Shown piece by piece: positions 18,080-28,800 of a stretch of DNA of 64,000 nucleotides; positions within the stretch are counted from its first letter, which is position 1, and the number at the start of each line of letters is the position of its first letter. Below the pieces are notes generated by a model. That model did no database searches. It saw nothing but the letters and a program-made list of their open reading frames with translations, and was not told where the DNA came from. The DNA comes from an uncultured Ruminococcus sp. GTDB lineage: Bacteria; Bacillota; Clostridia; Oscillospirales; CAG-272. The DNA lies in contig CAZFVR010000003.1 of assembly GCA_964522215.1 (NCBI GenBank), positions 68,561 to 132,560 on the forward strand, in the 5' to 3' direction. A program made the translations under genes and the position numbers.

Positions 18080-19306
18080 TCAGAATGCCCAGTTGCCGTT
18101 TTCAAACACCTTTACACTGCGGCCGTCACGTGTATGAGCGATTATCTCAAGATCCGCCGAGCCTATCATAAAGTCAACATGGATCATTGAATCGTTGATG
18201 CCCATCTCATGACATTCCTCGATGCTGTAATTTGCATAATCCTTAACACACTCGGGGAAGCCGCGACCAAGTGCGAGATGGCAGCAGGCATTTTCATCGA
18301 AAAGTGTGTTATAGAACACAAGCCCTGAGTTTTGGATGGGAGAATCATATGGCACAAGCGCGCATTCGCCAAGGTATGCTGCGCCCTCGTCCATAGATAT
18401 CATCTGGCGCAAAAGCTCCTCATTCTTCTCGGCATGGACCTCAACGGCGCGACCACCCTCAAATCTCACCGAAAAGTTCTCTATCAGCTGTCCCTGATAG
18501 GAAAGCGGGCGGGTGGCAACGACCACACCCTCCGCACAGCCGCGCATGGGAGAGGTAAAGACCTCCTCTGTGGGCATGTTGGGATTGTAGCGAACGCCGC
18601 CGAGCGTATTTTCGGCACCGCCGAGGAAGTTGACGTTTTTAATGAGTCCGACCTTAAAATCGGTGCCATTGGATGAGTGATATTCAAGCTCCGCAATATC
18701 AAGCTCGTTGAGATAGCGGCTCCTTGCCGCCATATCATCGTTGTGAGCCTGCCAATCGGCAATGGGATCCTCTCCGTCCGCACGCGCGGCGCTGAGTATC
18801 GCCTCCCAAAGCTTTTCAACTGCGCGGTTGCGGGTAAGCTCCGGGAACATCTTTTTTGCCCAACGCTCACCCGGCACGGCCGCAATCACCCACTGATACT
18901 TGTTATCCATCTTATCGCGGTAAGGCTTTATGATGGGATATGTCGCCTGGCTGGTCTTTGCCATCTTTTGAAGGTTGATCCCTGCCAATCCGTCCGGATC
19001 TTCTGATTCAAGATATATCATAGCAGGCAGAGCCTCAACGCGATGCTCCCAACGCTCGATCTCCCATTTTTCAAGAGTAGTGAGAGTTTTAAGAGTACGA
19101 TAACGGTAATTTGTTTTAACAAGTGGCTGATAGCTCCACTCGACCATAACCTTTTTTGCGCCGCACTTGTAGCATTCCTCAACGACCATATGGGCAAATT
19201 CCGCTGTCTCGACAGAAGAGTATACCATTACCTCCTGCCCCTTTTGCACATTTGCGCCGGTCTTGGCAATAAGCTGTGCGTACTTTTTCATTACTGTCTT
19301 TTTCAT
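18080..19306 (-). CDS. Aminopeptidase, M29 family (AmpS/PepS-like)
   Basis: 408 aa with the typical M29 N-terminus (YAQLIAKTGANVQKGQEV) and conserved C-terminal region. Confidence 0.85.
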   Translation of the reverse strand: MKKTVMKKYAQLIAKTGANVQKGQEVMVYSSVETAEFAHMVVEECYKCGAKKVMVEWSYQPLVKTNYRYRTLKTLTTLEKWEIERWEHRVEALPAMIYLESEDPDGLAGINLQKMAKTSQATYPIIKPYRDKMDNKYQWVIAAVPGERWAKKMFPELTRNRAVEKLWEAILSAARADGEDPIADWQAHNDDMAARSRYLNELDIAELEYHSSNGTDFKVGLIKNVNFLGGAENTLGGVRYNPNMPTEEVFTSPMRGCAEGVVVATRPLSYQGQLIENFSVRFEGGRAVEVHAEKNEELLRQMISMDEGAAYLGECALVPYDSPIQNSGLVFYNTLFDENACCHLALGRGFPECVKDYANYSIEECHEMGINDSMIHVDFMIGSADLEIIAHTRDGRSVKVFENGNWAF

Positions 19307-19375
19307 GCAATTAGCCTTTCTGCGATCTGATATGTTAAGTTCAATTTCTCTTGTTCGTCATGCCTACGATCGGGT

Positions 19376-20734
19376 TTAGTTCTTGAGGCTGTGGATCGGC
19401 GCGGGTATCCTTCCTCCGCGGGCGATAAAACGCGCGGGGGAGCGACGATTTATCGGCATGACGGGGGCTGTACCGAGGAGTCCGCCAAAGGAGACCTCGT
19501 CCCCGACCGTTTTGCCGACCGCGGGGATAACGCGCACGGCGGTGGTCTTGGTATTGGCTACCCCGATGGATATCTCATCGGCGATAAGACCGCAAATGAC
19601 ATCCGCCTCGGTATCACCCGGGATAGCTATCATATCAAGACCGACCGAGCAAACTGCCGTCATCGCCTCAAGCTTTTCAAGGGTGAGCGCACCCGATCTT
19701 GCCGCGGCTATCATGCCCGCATCCTCGGATACCGGGATAAATGCGCCCGAAAGTCCGCCAACATGCGATGATGCCATAACGCCGCCCTTTTTAACGGCAT
19801 CGTTGAGGAGCGCCAGCGCCGCAGTAGTGCCGGGGCCGCCGCACTGCTCAAGACCCATCTCCTCAAGAATATACGCCACCGAATCACCGACAGCGGGTGT
19901 GGGGGCCAATGAAAGATCGACGATGCCAAACGGCACATCCAATCTGCGGGATGCCTCGGCGGCAACGAGCTGACCCACGCGCGTGATCTTAAAGGCGGTG
20001 CGCTTTACCGTTTCGGCAAGCTCAGAGAGATCGCAATCCCCCGCCCTTGCTATTGCGGATGCAACCGTACCCGGCCCTGATACGCCAACGTTTATTACCG
20101 CTTCCGGCTCACTGACACCGTGGAACGCGCCTGCCATAAAGGGGTTATCCTCCGGCACGTTTGCAAACACGACAAGCTTTGCGCAACCGATCGAATCACG
20201 GTCGGCCGTAAGCTCGGCAGTCTTTTTTATTATTCCGCCCATGACACGGATGGCCTCCATGTTGATGCCGGCCTTTGTGGATGCGACATTAACTGAGGAG
20301 CAGACCTTTTGAGTTTCGTTCAGTGCGTAGGGGATCGATTCTATCAGTTGCCTCTCGCCGGGTGTGCTTCCCTTTTGCACCAGCGCACCGTAGCCGCCGA
20401 TAAAGTTAATGCCCAGTGTGTCCGCGGCGCGGTCAAGCGTTTTTGCGATCTTTACATAATCCTCGGAGGAAAAACTGCCGCCTACGAGTGAGATGGGGGT
20501 AACAGAGACACGGCGGTTAACGATCGGGATACCGTATTCCTTTTCGATATCGTCGGCGACCGAGCAAAGTTTGCCCGCGCGCGTGGTGATCTTATCGTAT
20601 ATCCTATCGCACACGCGGGAGATATCGTCCCCTGCGCAGTCGATAAGAGATATACCCATGGTGACTGTTCTGATATCGAGCTTTTCCTCGTGTATCATAT
20701 TTATTGTTTCGATAATATCGGTTACATTAAGCAT
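19376..20734 (-). CDS. UPF0210 (DUF711, PFL-like) family protein
   Basis: Canonical N-terminus [30 protein letters not shown]. Start is set at this Met; the ORF-track extension to 20872 overlaps the upstream ACT gene. Confidence 0.85.
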   Translation of the reverse strand: MLNVTDIIETINMIHEEKLDIRTVTMGISLIDCAGDDISRVCDRIYDKITTRAGKLCSVADDIEKEYGIPIVNRRVSVTPISLVGGSFSSEDYVKIAKTLDRAADTLGINFIGGYGALVQKGSTPGERQLIESIPYALNETQKVCSSVNVASTKAGINMEAIRVMGGIIKKTAELTADRDSIGCAKLVVFANVPEDNPFMAGAFHGVSEPEAVINVGVSGPGTVASAIARAGDCDLSELAETVKRTAFKITRVGQLVAAEASRRLDVPFGIVDLSLAPTPAVGDSVAYILEEMGLEQCGGPGTTAALALLNDAVKKGGVMASSHVGGLSGAFIPVSEDAGMIAAARSGALTLEKLEAMTAVCSVGLDMIAIPGDTEADVICGLIADEISIGVANTKTTAVRVIPAVGKTVGDEVSFGGLLGTAPVMPINRRSPARFIARGGRIPAPIHSLKN

Positions 20735-20801
20735 TTTTGAGTGTTTGGCGCTCCTTTGGCATCGATTTTTGCTGTTTGCGGTGTGATCTGTCTGCCCGTC
20801 A

Positions 20802-21071
20802 TCATATATGATGCATGGTGTTGAATATATCCTCATGCATGGTGGAAACAACAAGCCCTGCATCATCGCCAAGCTTTTTCATTTTGTCCACGAACTCGCC
20901 GAACGGCAGAGTGATGCCGTCAATATCAACGAGCATTATCATTGCAAAATATTCGCGAAGAACGCTTTGAGAGATATCTACGATATTTACGCCATCTGCG
21001 GCGCATTCCTGTGCAACGCGCGCTATTATTCCAACGCTGTCGCGACCTGTTACTGTTATAACTGCTTTCAT
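20802..21071 (-). CDS. UPF0237 ACT-domain protein (conserved partner of UPF0210)
   Basis: 89 aa single ACT domain ([16 protein letters not shown]). The UPF0237-UPF0210 gene pair is widely conserved. Confidence 0.8.
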   Translation of the reverse strand: MKAVITVTGRDSVGIIARVAQECAADGVNIVDISQSVLREYFAMIMLVDIDGITLPFGEFVDKMKKLGDDAGLVVSTMHEDIFNTMHHI

Positions 21072-21285
21072 TGATCCATGTCCTTTTTTTGCAGATTTAA
21101 GACTTTATATTTGATACTTAATAATTATATAATCAAACGCGCCGATTGTCAAGGTGATTTTGACCTTTAGGCGTTAAATTGGGCAAAAAAGCTCAAAGCA
21201 CCCCGCACTTGGCACCCCTGTGGCGGGATGCAGATCGCCGCAGACAATGTGCGGAGCGAAATATTTATTTTTTATATAAAAAATA

Positions 21286-21314
21286 TTGCAAACGAGAGCG
21301 ATATGTGATATAAT
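21286..21314 (+). promoter_or_regulatory. Putative sigma-A promoter (TTGCAA-17-TATAAT)
   Basis: Consensus-like hexamers about 85 nt upstream of the ACT-domain gene. A TGCAAT-N9-ATTGCA inverted repeat sits in the leader. Confidence 0.4.
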
Positions 21315-21397
21315 AGAATGCAATAAAAATGTAATTGCAAAACGTCCGCGCCGCATGCTCGGCAAAAGGATACGGGCGTTATCGGAAAGGTCAAAAA

Positions 21398-21820
21398 ATG
21401 TCGGTACAACAACTATCCGTTTTTATTGAAAATCGCCGCGGCACTCTTTTGGAGATAACCGAAGTGCTGGCTGCCGCAAAAATAGATATTCGCGCCCTCT
21501 CCCTGACCGAAACCGAGGAGTACGGTATTTTGCGCCTTATAGTAAGCGACACCGAAAACGCTTATAATGCCATCCGCGGCGCCGGCAAAACGGTATCGAT
21601 CAATGATGTTCTCTGCATCGAGATACCCGATGATCCCGGCGGACTTATGACAGCACTGTGCGTGCTCAACAACAACGATTTAGATGTTGAATACATGTAC
21701 ACCTTCGTAGGCTGTGGCGCAGGCTCACGCGCCAATGTTGCCATACGTGTAGCAGACAATGCGCTTGGTGCTCGTCTGCTCTCTGAGGCAGGATACACGC
21801 TGATCTCAAGCATAAGCTGA
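21398..21820 (+). CDS. Tandem ACT-domain protein
   Basis: 140 aa from MSVQQLSVFIENRRG (RBS GGAAAGG). Two ACT-like repeats. The ORF-track start at 21335 is probably too far upstream. Confidence 0.65.
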   Translation: MSVQQLSVFIENRRGTLLEITEVLAAAKIDIRALSLTETEEYGILRLIVSDTENAYNAIRGAGKTVSINDVLCIEIPDDPGGLMTALCVLNNNDLDVEYMYTFVGCGAGSRANVAIRVADNALGARLLSEAGYTLISSIS

Positions 21821-21873
21821 CACTGCGCGAGCTAATACACCGCTGCATATTGAATTAAACTATAATACATCGA

Positions 21874-21906
21874 GAGGCTGTCGCACGCGACAGCCTCCGT
21901 TTTTTA
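21874..21906 (+). terminator. Intrinsic terminator
   Basis: GAGGCTGTCGC...GCGACAGCCTC followed by CGTTTTTT. Confidence 0.6.
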
Positions 21907-21928
21907 TTCATGCAGCCCGGTCAGCGGA

Positions 21929-22783
21929 TCAGATGCTGACATCGGCATAGACCATACAATGGTCGGAGGCGTCAAGCACCTCCTGCCGCGTTTCGATGCT
22001 GTGTACCCAAACATTCACCTGCGGGGAGACAAATATATGGTCGATGGGTGAGCGACGGTTATCCGGCAGCTGACCTATTATCGGATGGAAGGAAAACTGC
22101 CCCATGGATGCACTGACGGTGGCAGCATATTTTGCATTCTTCATACCGGAGGAGGTAATTATGCTGTAAAGCTCCTCCTCTTCCCCTGCATTGAAATCTC
22201 CGGTAAAAAAGAACGGGATATCTCCGTATTTTTCAACGAGCACCGCCTGCTCGGCAAGCATCTGCCTTGCGTTATCCGCACGCCATTTGGCACCATCGAC
22301 CGCATCCGTCATCCCCTCAAGCTTATATGAGCTCAAAAGTATGGCTGCATGCGTGTTTATGTGGCCAAGCAATGCGCCGGTAGTCTTATCTCTGAGTATT
22401 GCCGCGGTAAGTCCCTTTGTATAAGTAAATGTGGAGGTGTACATGAGCATATATGACTCGACCTCCTCAAAGCGGTCGGCAAGGTATGCTATCGGATAGT
22501 AGTTTTGCTTGGGGTACTTGGCCGAAAGGGAGGCAAGCTCACTCTCCCGCCTTTTGTCGGGATCGGGCTGAGCCGTTACAAAGCGGTAACCGATCGCCTC
22601 AAGCTTTGGCCTGAAGCTTTCATGATAAAATGCGTTGATCTCCTGAAAGCCTACGATATCCGGCCTGTAATAGGCGAGATTTTCAAGTATCTTGCCCTCG
22701 CGCTCCGGGGCTGTGGCATCAAAGAGCAGATTTGCCGTCATTATTCGCAAATTTGCTTTTTCGCACTTTTGTGATCGTTCCAT
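21929..22783 (-). CDS. Endonuclease/exonuclease/phosphatase (EEP) family protein
   Basis: N-terminus LRIMTANLLFD, GFQEI, and a C-terminal SDHCMV motif. Start set at the ATG with RBS GGAG 7 nt upstream; the ORF track uses a TTG at 22831. Confidence 0.75.
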   Translation of the reverse strand: MERSQKCEKANLRIMTANLLFDATAPEREGKILENLAYYRPDIVGFQEINAFYHESFRPKLEAIGYRFVTAQPDPDKRRESELASLSAKYPKQNYYPIAYLADRFEEVESYMLMYTSTFTYTKGLTAAILRDKTTGALLGHINTHAAILLSSYKLEGMTDAVDGAKWRADNARQMLAEQAVLVEKYGDIPFFFTGDFNAGEEEELYSIITSSGMKNAKYAATVSASMGQFSFHPIIGQLPDNRRSPIDHIFVSPQVNVWVHSIETRQEVLDASDHCMVYADVSI

Positions 22784-22878
22784 TTTTCGCTCCGTTCCGC
22801 CGCTGCTGCGGCTTTTTTCAGTGTTTTTCAATTCAGCTGTTTACGATCTTGTGGATCGGCTATGATATTTTTTTGCTG

Positions 22879-24162
22879 TCAAAGGTTGAATGCTACCTCT
22901 ATCTCACGTATCTCATCGTCGCCGATCGGGACGATACTGCCGCCCATCGATGCTATATCGCAAAGCGATTCCGCGCCGAACTCAAGCACTTCAAGACGGT
23001 CATAGGCATTGAGCGGTGAGGTTCCCGCAACTATCACCATATCACTGTCGATAATGGCTATGGGCGTGTGCATGGATATCTTCTCTGCGATCTTGGCTGG
23101 TGCATCCTCAAGTGTACCAAGGGGATAACGCAGTGTGTTGCGCAGGCAGATATAGCCCTCCGGGATCATATGGGAGTTAAACTCGCTGCCAGTTACGGCA
23201 AAGCCCATTATGTATGGCGGACGCGCCATTGCTATGCTCTCGATATCCGGGTGCGCATCAAAGATACGTCTTACAAGGCCGGCAAAGCGAGAGGGCGTTT
23301 TGTTCTTCTCACATCTTGTATCCTCAACGTAAACAAGATCCTCCGCATCGATCAGCCCCGCATCCTCACCCTCCGGGGTTATCAAAAAGCCTCGTCCCGC
23401 GCGGGAGGCAAAAATACCGCAGGCGGCGGTAAAGAGTTTGTTTTTATATGAGCGACGGCATTTATCGATAATATCCGCGCGCACGGGCGAAAAATCTGCC
23501 GCGACTATAGAATCGCTAAAGGCAAGCTCACGCACGGGGGATGACTTTTTTGCAAGCTCCTCGGGCGTGAGGACATGCCCCGGGCAGCGGAGCATTGATG
23601 CCGCCACTCCCGTCCTTGCGGTAAAATCCAACGCCTCAAACATCATATAGGCGCGCTCAAGGCTTTCGGCTCCGAGGACCACGCCATGATTTTCAAGCAA
23701 AACAGTATCACATCCCTTGGCAAACTCCGCAGATATATATCCGCCAAGCTTTTCGCTGCCCGGCAGTGCGTATTTGGCAATGGCTATTCTGCCGCAAAGT
23801 GCGGACACACCCGGAATGAGATCCATTTGCGGCAGCTGTCGCTCCAAGCTGTAGGCTACAAGTGCTGCGGGATGTGCATGCAACACGGCGTGCAGATCCG
23901 GTCTTGACCGAAGTACCGCAAGATGAAAGGGGTACTCGGTCGATGGGCGGTGCTTGCCATGTACAACGCCGTCAGGCGTGACCCACATGATATCCTCTGC
24001 CGTAAGATGTGCTTTATCCACACCGGACGGTGAGATCCAAAGGGTACCGTCATCATCCATTATTGAAAGATTACCGCCGGAGGTGGTGGTAAGCTTGTTA
24101 TCATACAGGCGGGTCATATAAAAGGCTATTTTTTCAGCCGGTGACATATTGAGTTTTTTCAT
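22879..24162 (-). CDS. Tandem class II aldolase/adducin-domain protein (the N-terminal domain appears catalytic, the C-terminal domain degenerate)
   Basis: 427 aa. Domain 1 has TSGGNLS, HAHP (HxH) and ENHGVV zinc/catalytic motifs. Domain 2 aligns to the same fold but lacks the HxH and third His motifs (DAHP, IIDSDMV). Confidence 0.8.
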   Translation of the reverse strand: MKKLNMSPAEKIAFYMTRLYDNKLTTTSGGNLSIMDDDGTLWISPSGVDKAHLTAEDIMWVTPDGVVHGKHRPSTEYPFHLAVLRSRPDLHAVLHAHPAALVAYSLERQLPQMDLIPGVSALCGRIAIAKYALPGSEKLGGYISAEFAKGCDTVLLENHGVVLGAESLERAYMMFEALDFTARTGVAASMLRCPGHVLTPEELAKKSSPVRELAFSDSIVAADFSPVRADIIDKCRRSYKNKLFTAACGIFASRAGRGFLITPEGEDAGLIDAEDLVYVEDTRCEKNKTPSRFAGLVRRIFDAHPDIESIAMARPPYIMGFAVTGSEFNSHMIPEGYICLRNTLRYPLGTLEDAPAKIAEKISMHTPIAIIDSDMVIVAGTSPLNAYDRLEVLEFGAESLCDIASMGGSIVPIGDDEIREIEVAFNL

Positions 24163-24364
24163 TATTTAAGACTCCTATCGGCACACATGCCGATCTGTTA
24201 ATTAATGGCTGGGCGAATCTTTAGGCACACATAGGTGCATGATGCGCCGCGCCCATCCTTAAAATATTATATCCTTAAATTGCCACGGAGTCAATACTTT
24301 TATTAAAATTTGAACGATCGAGTGCAAAACGAAATAATTATTCGTTGCGGCTTGGGTGGGCGCA

Positions 24365-25411
24365 TCAGTTTGCGGGCGCGGGCACGGGTGCGGAATAACG
24401 TTCGCCAAGGCTATCTATCACTGCGCGAACTGACTCGGCAGAACGGCGCAGCTGTTCAAGTTCGCCCGCATCAAGCGGGATCTGGAGCACCTTTTCTATC
24501 CCGCCGCGACCTACGATGCACGGCAGACCTATACAAACATCGCTGATGCCGTAATGCCCGCCCGCCAAAGTTGAGACTGGCAGTATGGTATGCTCATCCC
24601 GCACTATTGCCACGGCTATCCGCCGCACTGCCTCGGCGATCGCATAATAGGTCGCGCCCTTGGCGGCAATGATCCTGTATGCGGCATCCCTTACATCCAA
24701 AAAGATATCCTCAAAACTCCGTGGATCACAGCCGCAGGCGCACTCACTGCAAAAGCGGGAAAGATCCACCCCGGAAACATTTGCACTGCTGAACACCGCC
24801 ACCTCGCTGTCTCCATGCTCGCCTATTATAAATGTATGCACATTGCGGCTGTCCACCCCTAAGCGCTCGCCCACCAACTGCTTTAACCGCGCCGTATCGA
24901 GCACCGTTCCCGAGCCGATCACACGACAGGCAGGCAGACCTGATCTTACAAGGGTGAGATATGTGAGGATATCGACCGGATTTGACACCACCAAAATGAT
25001 ACCGCGCGGGTCGATGGCGGATATTTTATCCACGATATCGGCAAATATCTGCTCGTTCTTATGGATGAGATCCATCCTGCTCTCACCTTCTTTTTGCGGC
25101 GCTCCCGCGGTGATGATAACGAGCGCCGCATCGGCGATATCCTTGTAGTCACCGCTGTATATCGCCATTGGCGAATGGAACGGCAGGCCGTGTGCAATAT
25201 CCTCCGCCTCGCCCTGCGCCTTGTCGGGGTCTATATCTATCAGCACCAGCTCACTGAACAGCTCGCTCTGCATCAGCGTGTAGGCAATGGTCGCGCCTAC
25301 ATTTCCGCACCCGATAACGGCGCATTTTCTGACATCGGCTTTTATTATATCTGTATCCGATCGTATATCAGACTGTTTGGATGTTGTTTTCTCGCTTGTT
25401 ATTTTGCTCAT
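24365..25411 (-). CDS. ldh: L-lactate dehydrogenase
   Basis: 348 aa. Contains VIGCGNVG (the NAD-binding motif), IGEHGDSEV and the DSARL-type substrate region. It carries an unusual 28-aa Ser/Thr/Lys-rich N-terminal extension. Confidence 0.9.
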   Translation of the reverse strand: MSKITSEKTTSKQSDIRSDTDIIKADVRKCAVIGCGNVGATIAYTLMQSELFSELVLIDIDPDKAQGEAEDIAHGLPFHSPMAIYSGDYKDIADAALVIITAGAPQKEGESRMDLIHKNEQIFADIVDKISAIDPRGIILVVSNPVDILTYLTLVRSGLPACRVIGSGTVLDTARLKQLVGERLGVDSRNVHTFIIGEHGDSEVAVFSSANVSGVDLSRFCSECACGCDPRSFEDIFLDVRDAAYRIIAAKGATYYAIAEAVRRIAVAIVRDEHTILPVSTLAGGHYGISDVCIGLPCIVGRGGIEKVLQIPLDAGELEQLRRSAESVRAVIDSLGERYSAPVPAPAN

Positions 25412-25550
25412 TTCCTGCTCGATCTCCCCAAAAGCTTATTCTCGATTCAATAAAAATGCGTATGCGATCGGCATATGATGCCGACCGCATATATTATTTA
25501 CCGTTTTTGATCCATTGATTCGGGCAGACCCCAAATGCCGCAGGCAAGCC

Positions 25551-27038
25551 TTATTTTGTAAGTACTCTGCCCACTGCCTCGCGCCATCCTGCCAGCTTTA
25601 CCGCTCGCTCATCAGCGGAGATGGTGGGTACAAAGGTCCTGTCAGCGTTCCAGTTTTCCGCGATCTCGTCAAGTGTGGCAAAAGCACCCGTGGCCAGTCC
25701 CGCAAGATTTGCGGCACCGAGTGCCGTGGTCTCAATGCACTGCGGGCGGATTATTGGCGTACCGAGCAGATCCGCCTGTATCTCAAGCAAAAGATCATTT
25801 GCTGACGCGCCGCCATCTACCTTAAGGGAGGACATATCAGCTCCAGCCTCTCGCTTCATAAGATCAAGCACATCGGCGGTCTGATAAGCCATGGACTCAA
25901 GCACCGCACGCACCACATGTGCACGCGTTGTCCCGCGTGTGATGCCCAGCAGTGCGCCGCGCGCGTAAGGATCCCAATAAGGTGCGCCAAGTCCCACAAA
26001 TGCGGGTACGAACCACACTCCGCCACTGCTTTGGACAGTACGCGCCACACCCTCAGTCTCTGCTGCACTCGCCACAAGGCCGAGTCCGTCACGCAGCCAT
26101 TGCACGGCAGCACCGCAAACGAACACCGAGCCCTCAAGCGCGTATGTAACAGGTGCATCGCCTATCCCCCACGCTATGGTGGTGAGAAGTCCACCCTCCG
26201 ATGTTACCGGGCGTGCGCCTGTGTTCATAAGCATGAATCCGCCTGTGCCGTATGTATTCTTTGCATCGCCGTTTTTAAAACAGCACTGACCGAAGAGCGC
26301 GGCCTGCTGATCTCCGGCCACACCCGCCACCGGGATAGGTGCTCCAAAAAGTACGGGGTCGGTCTCACCGAATATCCCGGAAGAGGGACGGACCTCCGGC
26401 AGCATACAGCGTGGGATATTAAAGAGGCGCAAAAGCTCGTCATCCCACTCAAGCGTATGGATATTAAAGAGCATCGTGCGGGAGGCGTTTGAAAGATCTG
26501 TGGCGTGAACACGACCACCGGTAAGGTTATAGATCAGCCAGCTGTCGACCGTTCCAAAGCAAAGCTCGCCGCGTTCCGCCCTATCGCGTGCACCCGGAAT
26601 ATTATCAAGTATCCATTTGAGCTTTGTTGCCGAAAAATAGGCATCTATCAAAAGCCCAGTGCGGCGGCGGATATCCTCACAAAGCTCACCGCTCTTTATA
26701 TAGTCGCAATACTCTGCCGTGCGGCGGCATTGCCACACGATCGCATTGCATATCGGACGCCCGCTGTTGCGCTCCCAAACGATAGTTGTTTCGCGCTGAT
26801 TAGTGATACCGATGCCGTAAACATCGCAGGCACCGATACCCGCGCGGGCAAGTGCTTCACGCGCGACCTCAAGTTGTGTATTCCATATATCCATGGGGTC
26901 ATGCTCGACCCACCCTCGGTGTGGGAAATGCTGCGGAAATTCCTTTTGTGAGGATGCAATTATCCTGCCCCCGCGATCGAATACTATAGAGCGGGAGCTG
27001 GTGGTTCCCTGATCAAGTGCTAAAAGATATTTGGGCAT
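25551..27038 (-). CDS. glpK: Glycerol kinase
   Basis: 495 aa with canonical [21 protein letters not shown] and the FGGT sugar-kinase motifs. Confidence 0.95.
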   Translation of the reverse strand: MPKYLLALDQGTTSSRSIVFDRGGRIIASSQKEFPQHFPHRGWVEHDPMDIWNTQLEVAREALARAGIGACDVYGIGITNQRETTIVWERNSGRPICNAIVWQCRRTAEYCDYIKSGELCEDIRRRTGLLIDAYFSATKLKWILDNIPGARDRAERGELCFGTVDSWLIYNLTGGRVHATDLSNASRTMLFNIHTLEWDDELLRLFNIPRCMLPEVRPSSGIFGETDPVLFGAPIPVAGVAGDQQAALFGQCCFKNGDAKNTYGTGGFMLMNTGARPVTSEGGLLTTIAWGIGDAPVTYALEGSVFVCGAAVQWLRDGLGLVASAAETEGVARTVQSSGGVWFVPAFVGLGAPYWDPYARGALLGITRGTTRAHVVRAVLESMAYQTADVLDLMKREAGADMSSLKVDGGASANDLLLEIQADLLGTPIIRPQCIETTALGAANLAGLATGAFATLDEIAENWNADRTFVPTISADERAVKLAGWREAVGRVLTK

Positions 27039-27201
27039 GGCAATACCTCCGTCGTTTTTTCGGCTCGATCTTTATGTCAGCTCGATTTTTTCCATGATAT
27101 CATTATACACATTATACAGCATAACCGGGTGCATTTCAATATTCAAGAAAATAATTTCTTAATCTTTTTTCTTTTTTTCACTCGGTCGGATATGTCAAAT
27201 A

Positions 27202-28089
27202 TCAAATATTATTATTATTTTTCCCGTTATCGCTATCATCAGCCGTCGGCACGGCATCAAGCCCGCTGTCCGAGCGCACGGCACGTATCGACGCCACGGC
27301 CGCCGAGAGTGCCGCAGCAGCACGCTTGGGGTAAATGAGCACGGAGCGACCTCCGCCGAGCGGATCGGCAGTTGTTGTATAGTTATCATCCTCGACAGCG
27401 TCATCGATCCCCAGTGCCGCAGATGCGCCGCCAAGCGCCGAGGATATCGCCGACAATGAGACGGACAGTGCGCGCATGGCGCGATGAAGCTCGGCCGAGA
27501 GCCGCTCGGCGATCATGGCACTGCGGCGCACAGCCTCTGACATTTTGAGATACTCCTCGCTGTCATCTCGCATGCCGACCAAACGCGCGGCATGTGATGC
27601 ATACTTAAACTCGGTCGCCAGCATAAGCGCCGAGGATGCACACTCGCGCAGGCGCGTTGCCGTCGCGGCAGAGGAGCCGGATACCGCCGACATCTCGCGT
27701 GTTGCCGCACCCAGCCGCGAGCAGAGCGAGATGAAGCTCTCGACCGCATATCGGCGCTCGCCCTCAGAATAGGAAAAGACAAAATCGCGCAAAAGTCCGT
27801 GCGCGCCCCATTCATCCATCTGACTTTCAAGCAGAGTGAGCGCGCCGCTTATCGCTTCTGCGGCGTGAATATAGGAGCGCTCAGCTTCATCAGCAACCGG
27901 ATCGATGGCAAGATCCTGCTCCCTCATGCGTTCCATAAGCCGTGCTGTCTCCCTGCCTGCAGCTCTATCACCTTGACGGCTGTCATAGTCATTTATATAC
28001 TTTTCAATGAAAGCCAGCGCCTCGCCGTCATCCGGGCGCAGGCTGATATTTTCATCCGCCAAACGCCTAAAAAGCTCAGTTCTTGTCAT
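27202..28089 (-). CDS. Hypothetical protein (alpha-helical, Ala/Ser-rich, acidic C-terminus)
   Basis: 295 aa from the ATG at 28089 (RBS GGAGAGG 5 nt upstream). No recognisable domain. Its own AT-rich upstream region and a downstream terminator suggest a monocistronic unit. Confidence 0.5.
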   Translation of the reverse strand: MTRTELFRRLADENISLRPDDGEALAFIEKYINDYDSRQGDRAAGRETARLMERMREQDLAIDPVADEAERSYIHAAEAISGALTLLESQMDEWGAHGLLRDFVFSYSEGERRYAVESFISLCSRLGAATREMSAVSGSSAATATRLRECASSALMLATEFKYASHAARLVGMRDDSEEYLKMSEAVRRSAMIAERLSAELHRAMRALSVSLSAISSALGGASAALGIDDAVEDDNYTTTADPLGGGRSVLIYPKRAAAALSAAVASIRAVRSDSGLDAVPTADDSDNGKNNNNI

Positions 28090-28255
28090 CGTCACCTCTC
28101 CGTTCGGGATAACAGAGATCCCACAGTGCAGTCTTAAATTATGTTTTGATTTTTAAAATTTTAATTTTAAAACAACAATGCGGATCGCCTTATCCGCATA
28201 AAAAAGACGGTGGGCTGACGCGCCGAAAGCACGACAATCCCACCATGGTCTTGGA

Positions 28256-28495
28256 TCATTTTATCTCAACCGTGACTTTTTTGCCGGAGCCGGCCGATGC
28301 GGCCTTGACTACGGTACGGATGGCCTTGGCTATCTTGCCGTGTCTGCCGATGACCATGCCGGTCTCATCGGGAGCAACGGTAAGCAAAAGCTCAACGCTT
28401 GCGTCACTTTCGTTGTCGGTGCGGGTCACGGTAACAGCATCCGGCGTATCGACTATGGCTTTTGCCACGTCTTCAACGAGTTTTTCGAGCTCCAT
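28256..28495 (-). CDS. KH-domain RNA-binding protein (YlqC-like)
   Basis: 79 aa with the GxxG KH motif (VIGRHGKIAKAIR). Conserved position after rpsP. Confidence 0.85.
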   Translation of the reverse strand: MELEKLVEDVAKAIVDTPDAVTVTRTDNESDASVELLLTVAPDETGMVIGRHGKIAKAIRTVVKAASAGSGKKVTVEIK

Positions 28496-28510
28496 ATCAG
28501 TTACCGACTA

Positions 28511-28753
28511 TCAGTCAATAACGCCGGCTTTTTTAAGCAGGACCTTGACGGTTTCGGTGGGCTGGGCGCCGTTCTTTATCCACTCGCGAGCCTTGTCAGC
28601 ATCGATCTTTACGGTTGCGGGCTCGGTGAGGGGATTGTAGTAGCCAACCTCCTCGATGAATCTGCCGTTGCGGGGAGAACGCTCGTCAGCAACGATCACG
28701 CGGTAGAAGGGCTGCTTCTTTGCACCCATTCTTCTAAGTCTCATTTTTACCAT
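28511..28753 (-). CDS. rpsP: 30S ribosomal protein S16
   Basis: 80 aa with the canonical S16 sequence ([23 protein letters not shown]). Confidence 0.95.
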   Translation of the reverse strand: MVKMRLRRMGAKKQPFYRVIVADERSPRNGRFIEEVGYYNPLTEPATVKIDADKAREWIKNGAQPTETVKVLLKKAGVID

Positions 28754-28800
28754 TGTTTTTTCCTCCGAAAATGTTGAATTAAATTTATTTTTGAAAATCC

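Noticed and set aside
21190-21240. Sigma-54-like TGGCAC-N5-GTGGC motif in the divergent region between the UPF0237 and ACT-domain genes
   Set aside because: The -12 element does not match TTGCA, no enhancer-binding protein gene lies nearby, and the motif overlaps a GC-rich imperfect palindrome, so it is more likely chance.
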